DNA of 64,000 nucleotides from a phage: sequence record PZ583739.1; one strand, 5' to 3'. Shown piece by piece: positions 9,857 to 18,120 of this stretch (position 1 is its first letter; each line of letters starts with the position of its first letter). The notes under the pieces were generated by a model. It saw only the letters and a program-made list of their open reading frames with translations, ran no database searches and was not told where the DNA came from. The position numbers and the translations under genes were made by a program.

Positions 9857-10440
9857 TTACGGCATTCCTCAATAAAAGAGTTCAATGTATTTTTCTTATT
9901 GATATCGTCATATAGCTTTTTAACTTTAGAAATACGAAAAGGTACTTCAATAGCCATAGTCCATAAAAATGATGCAATAAGTCCAACAGCAGCAGAAGAA
10001 AGGCACGCGCCCATTACAGCTACAGGTGCTTCATTTTTACCTGTCAAGAAAAACAACAGGATTGGTAAAAATAAGATTCCAGTCCACGCATAAAACCTGG
10101 AACAAATTAACTTATCAAATTCATCTTTCCAGGTACGAAATCCATATTTCTTGCTATAAGAAATTAATGGGTCGGGTGTCTGTTCTTTGAGTGGTTCTGG
10201 TTGATACCCATTAATGATGTATCCCATTTTATATTCCTTAATTAAAAGCTCTTTAACATGACGATTGCATCGCGACCAATCAACATTTTCCACCTTGATT
10301 CCTTCATCACCATCATCAAGGTTCGCCCAATATTTTTTGGTAATCATAAATTCATCTCTTGATACAATTATACCTGTATTTTCTGCCCGGCGGATGAAGT
10401 TTACATCAACACCCATACAACCGGGTTCATAAAGGGCCAT
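9853..10440 (-). CDS. membrane protein (195 aa)
   Basis: Two hydrophobic helices in the C-terminal half (ILFLPILLFFL, VAVMGACLSSAAVGLIASFLW). Confidence 0.4.
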   Translation of the reverse strand: MALYEPGCMGVDVNFIRRAENTGIIVSRDEFMITKKYWANLDDGDEGIKVENVDWSRCNRHVKELLIKEYKMGYIINGYQPEPLKEQTPDPLISYSKKYGFRTWKDEFDKLICSRFYAWTGILFLPILLFFLTGKNEAPVAVMGACLSSAAVGLIASFLWTMAIEVPFRISKVKKLYDDINKKNTLNSFIEECRK

Positions 10441-11126
10441 TACCAGCCCTCCATAGGGAATTCCAGATATACTTGAGCATTAACGCGGATTTCATTTGTA
10501 ATCTTTTTAACACGGTCGGTATTACGAGACACACGACCAAACCAGCGCCAACCGTTACTTACTGCACGAGAACCTGTATGCCATGTCTGCCAATCAAACT
10601 GGAGCAACGTGCGGTCAGGAGCATCCCACTTGGTTAATTCATTGGACTCAATTTTTTCCAGAACTTCTTTATGCCACTGGCGATAGATAAGTTCGCCTTC
10701 AGGAATCTGACTAAATTGGGCAGTTCCGGTCGCAAAATAAGTAGGACACACATCAGCGTTAACAAGACCAAGAATATGTTCAGAATGGTAACGAGGATTA
10801 TCATAATCAGGTTGCCCTGCAGTAATAAAGTGTTGACCAACCGGAATATCCTGGCGCGGTACATCATCATGGTGATAACCTGGGATAGCAGGATACCAAC
10901 CAGGCATTAACATATGTACACGAGAATCGAATACGACATTTTCATTAGTCCAATCAATCGGAAGATTGGCAATAAAACTACGAGTGATTGGGCCGCCTTT
11001 ATCCCAAGCAAAACTCAAATCGCAGTTAAAGAACATTGGTTCATTTTTGATTTGATCGTTTTGAACATCGTGAGCAAAACCACTTACGGCACGAGCTCGG
11101 CTATTAAACACTTTAGAACTATTCAT
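10440..11126 (-). CDS. hypothetical protein (228 aa)
   Basis: ORF preceded by a conserved RBS cassette ctaatgaggaaaatattATG. Confidence 0.45.
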   Translation of the reverse strand: MNSSKVFNSRARAVSGFAHDVQNDQIKNEPMFFNCDLSFAWDKGGPITRSFIANLPIDWTNENVVFDSRVHMLMPGWYPAIPGYHHDDVPRQDIPVGQHFITAGQPDYDNPRYHSEHILGLVNADVCPTYFATGTAQFSQIPEGELIYRQWHKEVLEKIESNELTKWDAPDRTLLQFDWQTWHTGSRAVSNGWRWFGRVSRNTDRVKKITNEIRVNAQVYLEFPMEGW

Positions 11127-11185
11127 AATATTTTCCTCATTGATTGTGGGACCATTGTGTCATAGTCCCACTTGGATGTACACAC

Positions 11186-12145
11186 TTATTTTGCGAAAGG
11201 ACGAATTAAATGTTGGTTAGCTTTAAAACGTTTAACATAGTCTTCGTGCCCCAGGGTGTTGTACATATTAACCACTTCCTGGTAATGTTCCCAGGCATAC
11301 TCACGGAACCATCCAGAAGTAATGGAGGTGCAGACTTTTTCCAGCGCAATATGGAAGCTCACGGATGGAGAGATATTGAACTCATTAGGAACCTGCGAAC
11401 GCTCCAGAGCGAGCACACATGCTTCTTCATAAACCCCTGCCAGTTTAATAACATCAGGGAGTGCTTCAAATTTTTCACGCGAGGTCATGACTTCTGAATC
11501 ATCCTTCATATAGAACTTATATGCAGGCTTATCAGCAAGCGCCACGGCCTCGTGGATGGAGTCATGGTCAAGGGTATAGATTGTATCATTAAAGAAAGTT
11601 TTCTTGCCCACGTCTAGTTTAGGGTGACTGTATGACAGTGTCTCTGCCTGACGCTGCAGCATGATTTTCTGCAGTTCATCATTAAGAACAATACCCTTAT
11701 TGCGAAGGTAATTAATATGACTCATGGTCTTCAGGAAGAATGGATTGTTCTTCAGGTAACGATGAGATAATTTAATTGCCAGACAAATATCAGGAGTTGC
11801 CCAGTAAAAACCTGTAAGACGATCTTTTTTAATATGATTTTCAGCATATTTCAGGAGACGATAACTTGAGGTGAAATCTTCGTCTTGAAGCTCACCAGTA
11901 ATTTCTCGTACGTTGGTCAGGGCACGGACAATATAAGCTTCAAAATAGGTTTCTTTGCCATTGTACATACATTTAAAAGCTTGGACGTTAGGGTTATCCA
12001 CAGGAACATGAGCACCGAACATACGTGCTTTAAAGTGGTTCCAGGAGCCTTGGTCAGCGATAAAGTCCCAATCAGAGTTTTCAATTTTCTGACTTTCAAT
12101 CAGACCAGCGTTATGTAATGCACGAGAACCAATAACTAACATCAT
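11186..12145 (-). CDS. hypothetical protein, possible Pol-beta-superfamily nucleotidyltransferase fold
   Basis: N-terminal VIGSRAL...x17...SDWDF resembles the hG[GS]...DhDh NTase motif; same conserved RBS cassette. Confidence 0.4.
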   Translation of the reverse strand: MMLVIGSRALHNAGLIESQKIENSDWDFIADQGSWNHFKARMFGAHVPVDNPNVQAFKCMYNGKETYFEAYIVRALTNVREITGELQDEDFTSSYRLLKYAENHIKKDRLTGFYWATPDICLAIKLSHRYLKNNPFFLKTMSHINYLRNKGIVLNDELQKIMLQRQAETLSYSHPKLDVGKKTFFNDTIYTLDHDSIHEAVALADKPAYKFYMKDDSEVMTSREKFEALPDVIKLAGVYEEACVLALERSQVPNEFNISPSVSFHIALEKVCTSITSGWFREYAWEHYQEVVNMYNTLGHEDYVKRFKANQHLIRPFAK

Positions 12146-12158
12146 AATATTTTCCTCA

Positions 12159-12326
12159 TTAGTAAAGACGAGTTACTTCATATTTTCCAAGTGCCGATTT
12201 TTTCGCTTCAATTCGTGAGGCAGCAAGATTGGCGGCCTCTAGTGAAGAAAATTGAACCACTTGAGAAGTATTCTGTCTTACTCCACCTTGCGGGTGAGTG
12301 ACAAAAACAATAAGAACATTATACAT
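12159..12326 (-). CDS. small hypothetical protein (55 aa, hand-translated)
   Basis: Not in the ORF track (under 60 aa); third copy of the ctaatgaggaaaatattATG start cassette; MYNVLIVFVTHPQGG... Confidence 0.3.
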   Translation of the reverse strand: MYNVLIVFVTHPQGGVRQNTSQVVQFSSLEAANLAASRIEAKKSALGKYEVTRLY

Positions 12327-12429
12327 AATATTTTCCTCATTAGTTGACGAGATAATGATACTACGTTTCTTTAGGCTTGTACACTAAATTTCTGCACATA
12401 AGTCCTCCTATCACATCCTTGTGATAATT

Positions 12430-12654
12430 TTAGCAGCTACTCGGGTGCCAGATTTTACCGTCAGGTTGAGCAACAAAGGTGCGACCAGCGTCTTCGCCAT
12501 AGCAAGAGCTGTACAACCAGTCTTCGAGACGAACCTCACCATCATATTCGTCAAGCTCAATACCGAAATCTTGAGCGTTAGCCATATCTTTTACTTTCTT
12601 ATACAATGCAGCCAGTTCAAGTGCTGCTTTTTCTAATTCATTAATATCAGACAT
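12430..12654 (-). CDS. small protein, WxxSSC-tail family member D
   Basis: 74 aa ending KIWHPSSC; co-oriented with three paralogs. Confidence 0.45.
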   Translation of the reverse strand: MSDINELEKAALELAALYKKVKDMANAQDFGIELDEYDGEVRLEDWLYSSCYGEDAGRTFVAQPDGKIWHPSSC

Positions 12655-12663
12655 TTTTATTCC

Positions 12664-12876
12664 TTAGCATTCGTAAGAGGAGGACACCCAAGAGGTACCA
12701 CTAATTGTAATACAACCATTATAAAGCGTGATATGTCGTTCTAGGTCACGAACACCATCGATATAGATATCAGCTTCTTCGCGTTCTTCTTTGCAAATCT
12801 GGATAACGTTTTCAATAGCTGCCGCAGCAGTACGGATTGCACAATCTAATTCACGAGACATAACATTCCTTAACAT
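12664..12876 (-). CDS. small protein, WVSSSxEC-tail family member C
   Basis: 70 aa ending SWVSSSYEC. Confidence 0.45.
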   Translation of the reverse strand: MLRNVMSRELDCAIRTAAAAIENVIQICKEEREEADIYIDGVRDLERHITLYNGCITISGTSWVSSSYEC

Positions 12877-13151
12877 TCAGAAGAGGAGGACACCCAACCG
12901 CCTTTTTCCAGGTCAGTTGTATAGTCATGAGTATTAACAATAGCCCATTCAGGATGGCCATGTTCTTCCCAATGAGCAAGGTCGGCTTTCAGGGCGCCAG
13001 GAGAATAATAGTCACCGCCCATACCGCGAGCAGGGTATATATTAAAATGAGTCTCATATTTGTTTGCAATTTCCTCGGCACGACGAATAGCTTTATGGAT
13101 GTCATTTACTGCGTTAGCCAGTTCTTTATTTTTACGGTAATCATTCATCAT
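12870..13151 (-). CDS. small protein, WVSSSxEC-tail family member B
   Basis: 93 aa ending GWVSSSSEC; internal EEIANKYE...GGDYYSPG matches member A. Confidence 0.45.
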   Translation of the reverse strand: MMNDYRKNKELANAVNDIHKAIRRAEEIANKYETHFNIYPARGMGGDYYSPGALKADLAHWEEHGHPEWAIVNTHDYTTDLEKGGWVSSSSEC

Positions 13152-13160
13152 AGAGTTTCC

Positions 13161-13451
13161 TTAGCACATTGCCGAAGAGGAGACCCAAGCACCAACTGTA
13201 ACGACACCGTTTTCAACTTCGCCGCCGTTGTTTTCAATTTCATCTTTAAACCACTTGGAGCATTCATAACCGACAGGATAATATGTACGGCCTGAACCAT
13301 AATCACCGGTACCGAATTGGATACCGTATTCATCTGCGATTTCTTCGCAGTGTTTTTCAATTTCAGAGGTCTTATTTAGAAGAGAATAGATAGCTTTTTC
13401 TGCAGATTTTTCATCATAATACTTGGGGATAGCAATTTCAATTTTATTCAT
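13161..13451 (-). CDS. small protein, WVSSSxxC-tail family member A
   Basis: 96 aa ending AWVSSSAMC; internal EEIADEYG...GDYGSGRTYYPVG. Confidence 0.45.
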   Translation of the reverse strand: MNKIEIAIPKYYDEKSAEKAIYSLLNKTSEIEKHCEEIADEYGIQFGTGDYGSGRTYYPVGYECSKWFKDEIENNGGEVENGVVTVGAWVSSSAMC

Positions 13452-13801
13452 GATTTACATTCCTTAATAAAGGTTTCAAGGTCATTACGTTTTGTTTTGT
13501 CTAGGAACTTATTATACTCAGCCATTGCTGAAGCATATCTCTTCCGACTAGGAGCATTCAAGGCGTTTGTGTGACAGATATCATACACAACAGGGATAAA
13601 ATAAGCCACAACAGCCGGAGCAATTATCATAAAGAAGCCCATATCAATAGGCATGACTCCCTCGATTGCAGCCATAACCGTGGTCATTACCAGACCAACC
13701 AAACCGCCAAGCATGGCGGTGACAATCCCTAATAATAAACTGGCACCAATATCATATTCAGCCAATTGATAAACATGTGATGCAAGACTAGGCCGTTCCA
13801 T
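13448..13801 (-). CDS. small two-helix membrane protein
   Basis: Start set at ATG with AAGGAGG RBS (MERPSLAS...); two hydrophobic helices. Confidence 0.45.
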   Translation of the reverse strand: MERPSLASHVYQLAEYDIGASLLLGIVTAMLGGLVGLVMTTVMAAIEGVMPIDMGFFMIIAPAVVAYFIPVVYDICHTNALNAPSRKRYASAMAEYNKFLDKTKRNDLETFIKECKS

Positions 13802-14147
13802 TACGAACCTCCTTAATAAATTCTTCGGCACATTTAATTTTGTGCTCTTCTTGCAGGGAAACACATTTTTGTTCCCACTCTTTAACTCGCCCACGATATC
13901 CTTTATTCATATGATTTTGATGCCACACGTTTATCAATATCATGCTCAGGACTGTAATAAAAGGTGCTGCAATTATTAGTGACCAGGCGACTCCAACACT
14001 AATGATATTCATATCCCCACAAAGCACCATCATTATAACCCCAACGATGCACATGGACAAAGCTCCAAATGGAGGCATAAGGTCTTTATCAATCTTGTCT
14101 GCGTACACAAATTTTTCTGGTTTACTTGGCAGATATAGCGTTCGCAT
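13788..14147 (-). CDS. small two-helix membrane protein
   Basis: Start set at ATG with AAAGGGG RBS (MRTLYLPS...); two hydrophobic helices. Confidence 0.45.
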   Translation of the reverse strand: MRTLYLPSKPEKFVYADKIDKDLMPPFGALSMCIVGVIMMVLCGDMNIISVGVAWSLIIAAPFITVLSMILINVWHQNHMNKGYRGRVKEWEQKCVSLQEEHKIKCAEEFIKEVRNGTA

Positions 14148-14676
14148 TTTGAACCCCTTTAGCATATTCACGACATTCAGCAATAAAACGATTAAGCTTA
14201 CGTTTCCGTTTACGACTCTCTAATGTGTACTCAGCCGCCAAATCAAGAAGCTCATCTTTATCATAATTTTTAATATCAGTATAAGTTGGTCGGCGGTCAA
14301 CCATTCCAAAGTGGTCACCATTTTCCAACATCAAATAACACACCAAATGGTCACCATCGTCCGCATTAATAAGTTGCCTATAATCATCTGGGTCATTTAA
14401 CGCATATACTGAATAACGTAGTCCACCGAATTCCACTCGTTGAATACCCAGATTTACATCAATAATTTCCAAGGCATCTGCGAAAGAAAGGTCTTCAGCT
14501 AAAGCAAAAATAAAAGGCAATTTGGTAGTATCGCCGCGACTTGTCGTTCTTCTTAAGAAATCATTGGAATAACCCAGGTCTTGGCGAATTCTGTAAAGAA
14601 CCGTGTTAGTTTCAGTGGCAAGACCACTACCACTAAACCAGTCTACATTTGATATAAGGTCAGTATATAAGCTCAT
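14122..14676 (-). CDS. hypothetical protein (about 184 aa)
   Basis: Start set at ATG after GGGAGAGGAGAA RBS; no motif recognised. Confidence 0.4.
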   Translation of the reverse strand: MSLYTDLISNVDWFSGSGLATETNTVLYRIRQDLGYSNDFLRRTTSRGDTTKLPFIFALAEDLSFADALEIIDVNLGIQRVEFGGLRYSVYALNDPDDYRQLINADDGDHLVCYLMLENGDHFGMVDRRPTYTDIKNYDKDELLDLAAEYTLESRKRKRKLNRFIAECREYAKGVQNANAISAK

Positions 14677-14719
14677 AATATTCTCCTCTCCCAATTAGGG
14701 GGCAAAGCCCCCTTTTATC

Positions 14720-15313
14720 TTACTTAAGTGAATTGATGTATTCTTCAATGTCAGCGGACGTGGTATCCACACCAACCTGTGGGCCTTTGAAGGTTTCAAC
14801 ACGCATCAGGGTGTCTTCAATATCAATCTTAGTCAATGCAGCGATTTCAACAACATCATCTGCGGTTGCAATACCCAGTGCAGACACCTTACGGGTTTCG
14901 CGGATGTATTCCAGTTTAACAGCTAGTTCCTGACGAGAGTCATCCAGCTCTTTAACTTTCAATTTAATTTCATTACGCATTTCAACATAATCATCTGCCT
15001 TCTTACGAAGTTGTTTAGCAGTGCGACGATACAGGAGACCCAGTTTAGCATGGACCTGGACATCAGCACCATCAGCAATCAGTTTACGAATTTCACGCTC
15101 TTTTGAAGCGGCGAGCTGGTCTTTTTCATTCGCTAACTCGCGGATGCGTTTTTCTTCATTAACAGACTTAACGTGGGCAGTCTGGAGCTCAGTAATCTTA
15201 TCAATCAGGGTAGAAGCAGCTTTAGTATACTGGTCTTCAATAGACAGGTTTTGCGCCATTGCAGTACCCAGTTTGGAGCGGATGAATTCAACAATTTTCT
15301 TTAAAGTATTCAT
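14720..15313 (-). CDS. coiled-coil protein (possibly PspA/IM30-like)
   Basis: Long heptad-rich helical sequence with K/E/R periodicity; family assignment tentative. Confidence 0.4.
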   Translation of the reverse strand: MNTLKKIVEFIRSKLGTAMAQNLSIEDQYTKAASTLIDKITELQTAHVKSVNEEKRIRELANEKDQLAASKEREIRKLIADGADVQVHAKLGLLYRRTAKQLRKKADDYVEMRNEIKLKVKELDDSRQELAVKLEYIRETRKVSALGIATADDVVEIAALTKIDIEDTLMRVETFKGPQVGVDTTSADIEEYINSLK

Positions 15314-15385
15314 GGTATTTCCTTCAGATGGTTAAAGTTTTATTATCCAGGGAACATACTATCATGTTCCCATTAAAGCACTAAT

Positions 15386-15691
15386 TTAGATTTTGTTTTC
15401 CTGCACACCATAATAAAGTTCATCAGACACGATATCCAGGATGCGGCGAACATATTCATCATGGTATTGGCAGTCAAAATCAAATGCAACAGTAGTTTCC
15501 GCTTCACGAGTGAATTTAACTTGCACATTCAGGTGATTAACAACGTTAGTTAATTTATCAGTAAAGAACTCTTTTGCTACCGCCTGTTGGACTTGCACTT
15601 TGAACTTGGTGTTACGAATCATATTTTCAGCAGATGCGAAATTACCAGTTTTATCAAAGTCAACAAGCGCCAGGTTGATGATGAATTTCAT
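15386..15691 (-). CDS. hypothetical protein (101 aa)
   Basis: ORF preceded by an early-promoter/leader cassette. Confidence 0.4.
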   Translation of the reverse strand: MKFIINLALVDFDKTGNFASAENMIRNTKFKVQVQQAVAKEFFTDKLTNVVNHLNVQVKFTREAETTVAFDFDCQYHDEYVRRILDIVSDELYYGVQENKI

Positions 15692-15773
15692 TTTATTCTC
15701 CAGTGTTTTATTTGGTAACTCAGTATGGAATCATTATGCCTTAAAGCAGGGGGCTTGTATACCCCCTTTTTAA

Positions 15774-16205
15774 TTAAATTTCAAATTCTTTTCGGAAGTT
15801 GGAAGCATAAGACTGAACTGATGCTTTGTTGAATCCAAACTCACGCACAATCATATCAATAACAGCTCTGCGAGCAGCACCATTAGACATATTAACAGTT
15901 TTGAACATATCATAGCATAAATCTTTGTTGCTCATACCGGAGCGTTTAGGTGCTTTTGGTTCAGCTTTAGGAGTAGGTTTAACTTCTGGTTTAACCTGTC
16001 CATCATTCAGACCTTTAAAAATTTTACCTGCCAGAGTTGCCAGTTTAGCAGCTTCGCCACGAGTGATACCAAATACTGCCGGGTTAAATGAAATACCTTC
16101 AGCTGTCAGACGTTTGAAGAACATACGTGCTGCGGATTGTGCTTCAGCTTCAGAAGAGTTGTTTAATGCCAGTTTAACATACTTAACCAGTTTTGAAGTT
16201 TTCAT
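15774..16205 (-). CDS. hypothetical protein, paralog 1 of a duplicated pair
   Basis: C-terminus ARRAVIDMIVREFGFNKASVQSYASNFRK matches the next gene; start set at internal ATG. Confidence 0.45.
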   Translation of the reverse strand: MKTSKLVKYVKLALNNSSEAEAQSAARMFFKRLTAEGISFNPAVFGITRGEAAKLATLAGKIFKGLNDGQVKPEVKPTPKAEPKAPKRSGMSNKDLCYDMFKTVNMSNGAARRAVIDMIVREFGFNKASVQSYASNFRKEFEI

Positions 16206-16288
16206 TTTATTATCCCGTTTGTTTATTTGGTAACTCAGTATGGGATAATTATACACTATCCCACCTGGAAGTAAAACACTTTTCTCAA

Positions 16289-16714
16289 TTATTTTTGAGC
16301 TTTGCGGAAGTTGGAAGCATATGACTGAACAACAGTCTTTTTGATATCATGGGTGGTAACCAGAACATCAATCAGAGCACGACGAGCTGCATTATCATTC
16401 ATATCAATTTCTGCAAATGCCTGGAAGCAAATGTCACGAGCGTTACCAGATTTGGACTGGATTTTTTCTTCTTTAACTTCTTCAATTGGGAATTCAATCA
16501 TTTCAGCTTGGATTAATTCAATAATAGATTCTTTTGACTGTTTGGTGTTTACCTTCAGTTCAGAATTAAGGGACTTGGCGATGGCAACAATCTGGGTTGA
16601 AGTCAGATGGATAAGTGCATCTTCACGAATGCAGATTTCACATACTTCGTCGGCAACCATTTTGTTAGTGATGCGGGTAACAGAGAATGCAGAGGTCAGG
16701 GTCAGAAAGTTCAT
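16289..16714 (-). CDS. hypothetical protein, paralog 2 of a duplicated pair
   Basis: C-terminus ARRALIDVLVTTHDIKKTVVQSYASNFRK; start set at ATG with GGAGAAATAAA RBS. Confidence 0.45.
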   Translation of the reverse strand: MNFLTLTSAFSVTRITNKMVADEVCEICIREDALIHLTSTQIVAIAKSLNSELKVNTKQSKESIIELIQAEMIEFPIEEVKEEKIQSKSGNARDICFQAFAEIDMNDNAARRALIDVLVTTHDIKKTVVQSYASNFRKAQK

Positions 16715-16830
16715 TTTATTTCTCCAAAGTTTTGTTTGATTCAGTGTGTAACTCAATATGGAATCATTATGCACCCGGTCAATTCGGATGTACACTACTT
16801 TTTGAAGAAAATTTCAAATTTATTCAGGGT

Positions 16831-16854
16831 ATAAAAAAGCCCGCATTGCGGGCT
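16831..16854 (-). terminator. hairpin terminator
   Basis: agcccgcaatgcgggct stem-loop with a plus-strand A-run (minus U-run), directly after the stop of the 16856 gene. Confidence 0.5.
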
Positions 16855-16855
16855 G

Positions 16856-17410
16856 TTAGTTCTTATAAAAACGGAACGGATTTATATGAAAGGCGAGCAT
16901 AGCCTTAGGGATGGGTCGGGACAGAAGGCTCTTGAGCTTCCAGCCACAATAAACACGCAGATAAAAGGTGATTCCACCGACCTTAAGATAAGGAACAGAA
17001 GCAAAAACACCCCAGGCATTGTCCGTCCACATAAAGAGCCATCCATGATGAGCTTTATCCGGGGAACCAGATTCGACATCAGGATTACCTTTATAATGGA
17101 ATTCTGAATTGCAATCACGACCGAGCTTGTGGTAAGCAAAATTGTATGCTTTGTTTCGCCAGAGCCAGGCTACTCGTTGAAAGTAAACACCTAATGGCCA
17201 TTTTCGGATTTTTGACCAACGTTTGACATGACCTCGGTCACCATCAATCGGATTATCATAAGTCATCATCCAATCAAATCCGAACGGAAGTTTACCAGTC
17301 TTTTTATTATGGAACGGAACTACAAATGGAGCCAGGATAACGGCCAGAATCATGGAGATAAAATCCAGCGGAACTAACAGAATCCAACTCAAATATTTTA
17401 ACAGTTTCAT
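16856..17410 (-). CDS. membrane-anchored protein (about 184 aa)
   Basis: Start at MKLLKYLSWILLVPLDFISMILAVILAPFVVPF with an N-terminal TM helix. Confidence 0.45.
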   Translation of the reverse strand: MKLLKYLSWILLVPLDFISMILAVILAPFVVPFHNKKTGKLPFGFDWMMTYDNPIDGDRGHVKRWSKIRKWPLGVYFQRVAWLWRNKAYNFAYHKLGRDCNSEFHYKGNPDVESGSPDKAHHGWLFMWTDNAWGVFASVPYLKVGGITFYLRVYCGWKLKSLLSRPIPKAMLAFHINPFRFYKN

Positions 17411-17433
17411 ACGTTTCTCTTTAGTTGATTTAT

Positions 17434-17462
17434 AAAAAAGCCCCAACCTTTCGGAAGGGGCT
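17434..17462 (-). terminator. hairpin terminator
   Basis: gcccc...ggggc stem with a plus-strand A6 run (minus U-run), downstream of the 17500 gene. Confidence 0.5.
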
Positions 17463-17499
17463 ATACCTTGTCGGGGTTCCACCTGCAAGGCAAGTGTTC

Positions 17500-17883
17500 T
17501 TATCCGCGAGCGAATGCCATTGCAGCGCGTTCGTTGGCACGGTCGGTGATGTTCAAGAATTTATCACGAGCGATTTCGATTGGAGCGCCAACCCAGTCAG
17601 CGGCACCATTACCTGGAGACTGTTTAGGACGAACCATATAAGTTGAAACTTTGGAACCGGCTAGTTTAGCACCTGGTGCTGCTGCGTTTTTAACGTCTTT
17701 GGCTTTGATACCAAACCCAGTTACGATACCCCAAGAAACACCATTAACTGGTTTCTTGAACATAACACGGTCACCAATTGAAACACCGGCTTTTTCTGGA
17801 GCCACTAAAGAAAATTTGCCAGCTTCAGTCAGTACGGATTCGGTGATGGTATTGCGATTTAAAAATTCTGCATATGTAAGCAT
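17500..17883 (-). CDS. internal-protein-like capsid-targeted protein
   Basis: N-terminus MLTYAEFLNRNTITE resembles the CTS; its own late promoter lies upstream. Confidence 0.5.
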   Translation of the reverse strand: MLTYAEFLNRNTITESVLTEAGKFSLVAPEKAGVSIGDRVMFKKPVNGVSWGIVTGFGIKAKDVKNAAAPGAKLAGSKVSTYMVRPKQSPGNGAADWVGAPIEIARDKFLNITDRANERAAMAFARG

Positions 17884-17914
17884 TTTGTTTTTCCATTATT
17901 AGGGTTGTTGTTAA

Positions 17915-17922
17915 TATTTATA
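17915..17922 (-). promoter_or_regulatory. late promoter (TATAAATA) on minus strand
   Basis: Reverse complement reads TATAAATA about 32 nt upstream of the 17883 start. Confidence 0.45.
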
Positions 17923-17925
17923 TTC

Positions 17926-17989
17926 CATAGTACCGGATGCACCATCCGCTCGGATTTCTCATACTACCGGGCGCACCGCCCGCTCTGGA
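17926..17989 (-). repeat. tandem pair of about 30 bp hairpin repeats
   Basis: catagtaccGGATGcacCATCCgctcgga and catactaccGGGCGcacCGCCCgctctgga; stems differ by compensatory changes. Confidence 0.5.
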
Positions 17990-18120
17990 AAAACTCCGTA
18001 AAAGGGTGCGCCGTTTCTGCTGTGATATAAGGGGACATCAACAAATCGTAAAGATTTATTAATGTCAGTCCTTAAACAGGGAACATCAGTCCGACGACTT
18101 ACCGGTAGCGACCCGGTTTC

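Noticed and set aside
12677-12896. Strong SD-like AGAGGAGGA on the plus strand
   Set aside because: No start codon follows at RBS distance; it is the reverse complement of the SSS codons of the minus-strand small-protein tails.
9853-14694. Apparent conserved protein C-terminal motif FI(K/E)EC on four unrelated proteins
   Set aside because: The motif is encoded by ttaAGGAAtg or GAGGAAtg, the Shine-Dalgarno sequence of the overlapping downstream gene; it reflects translational coupling, not a protein signal.
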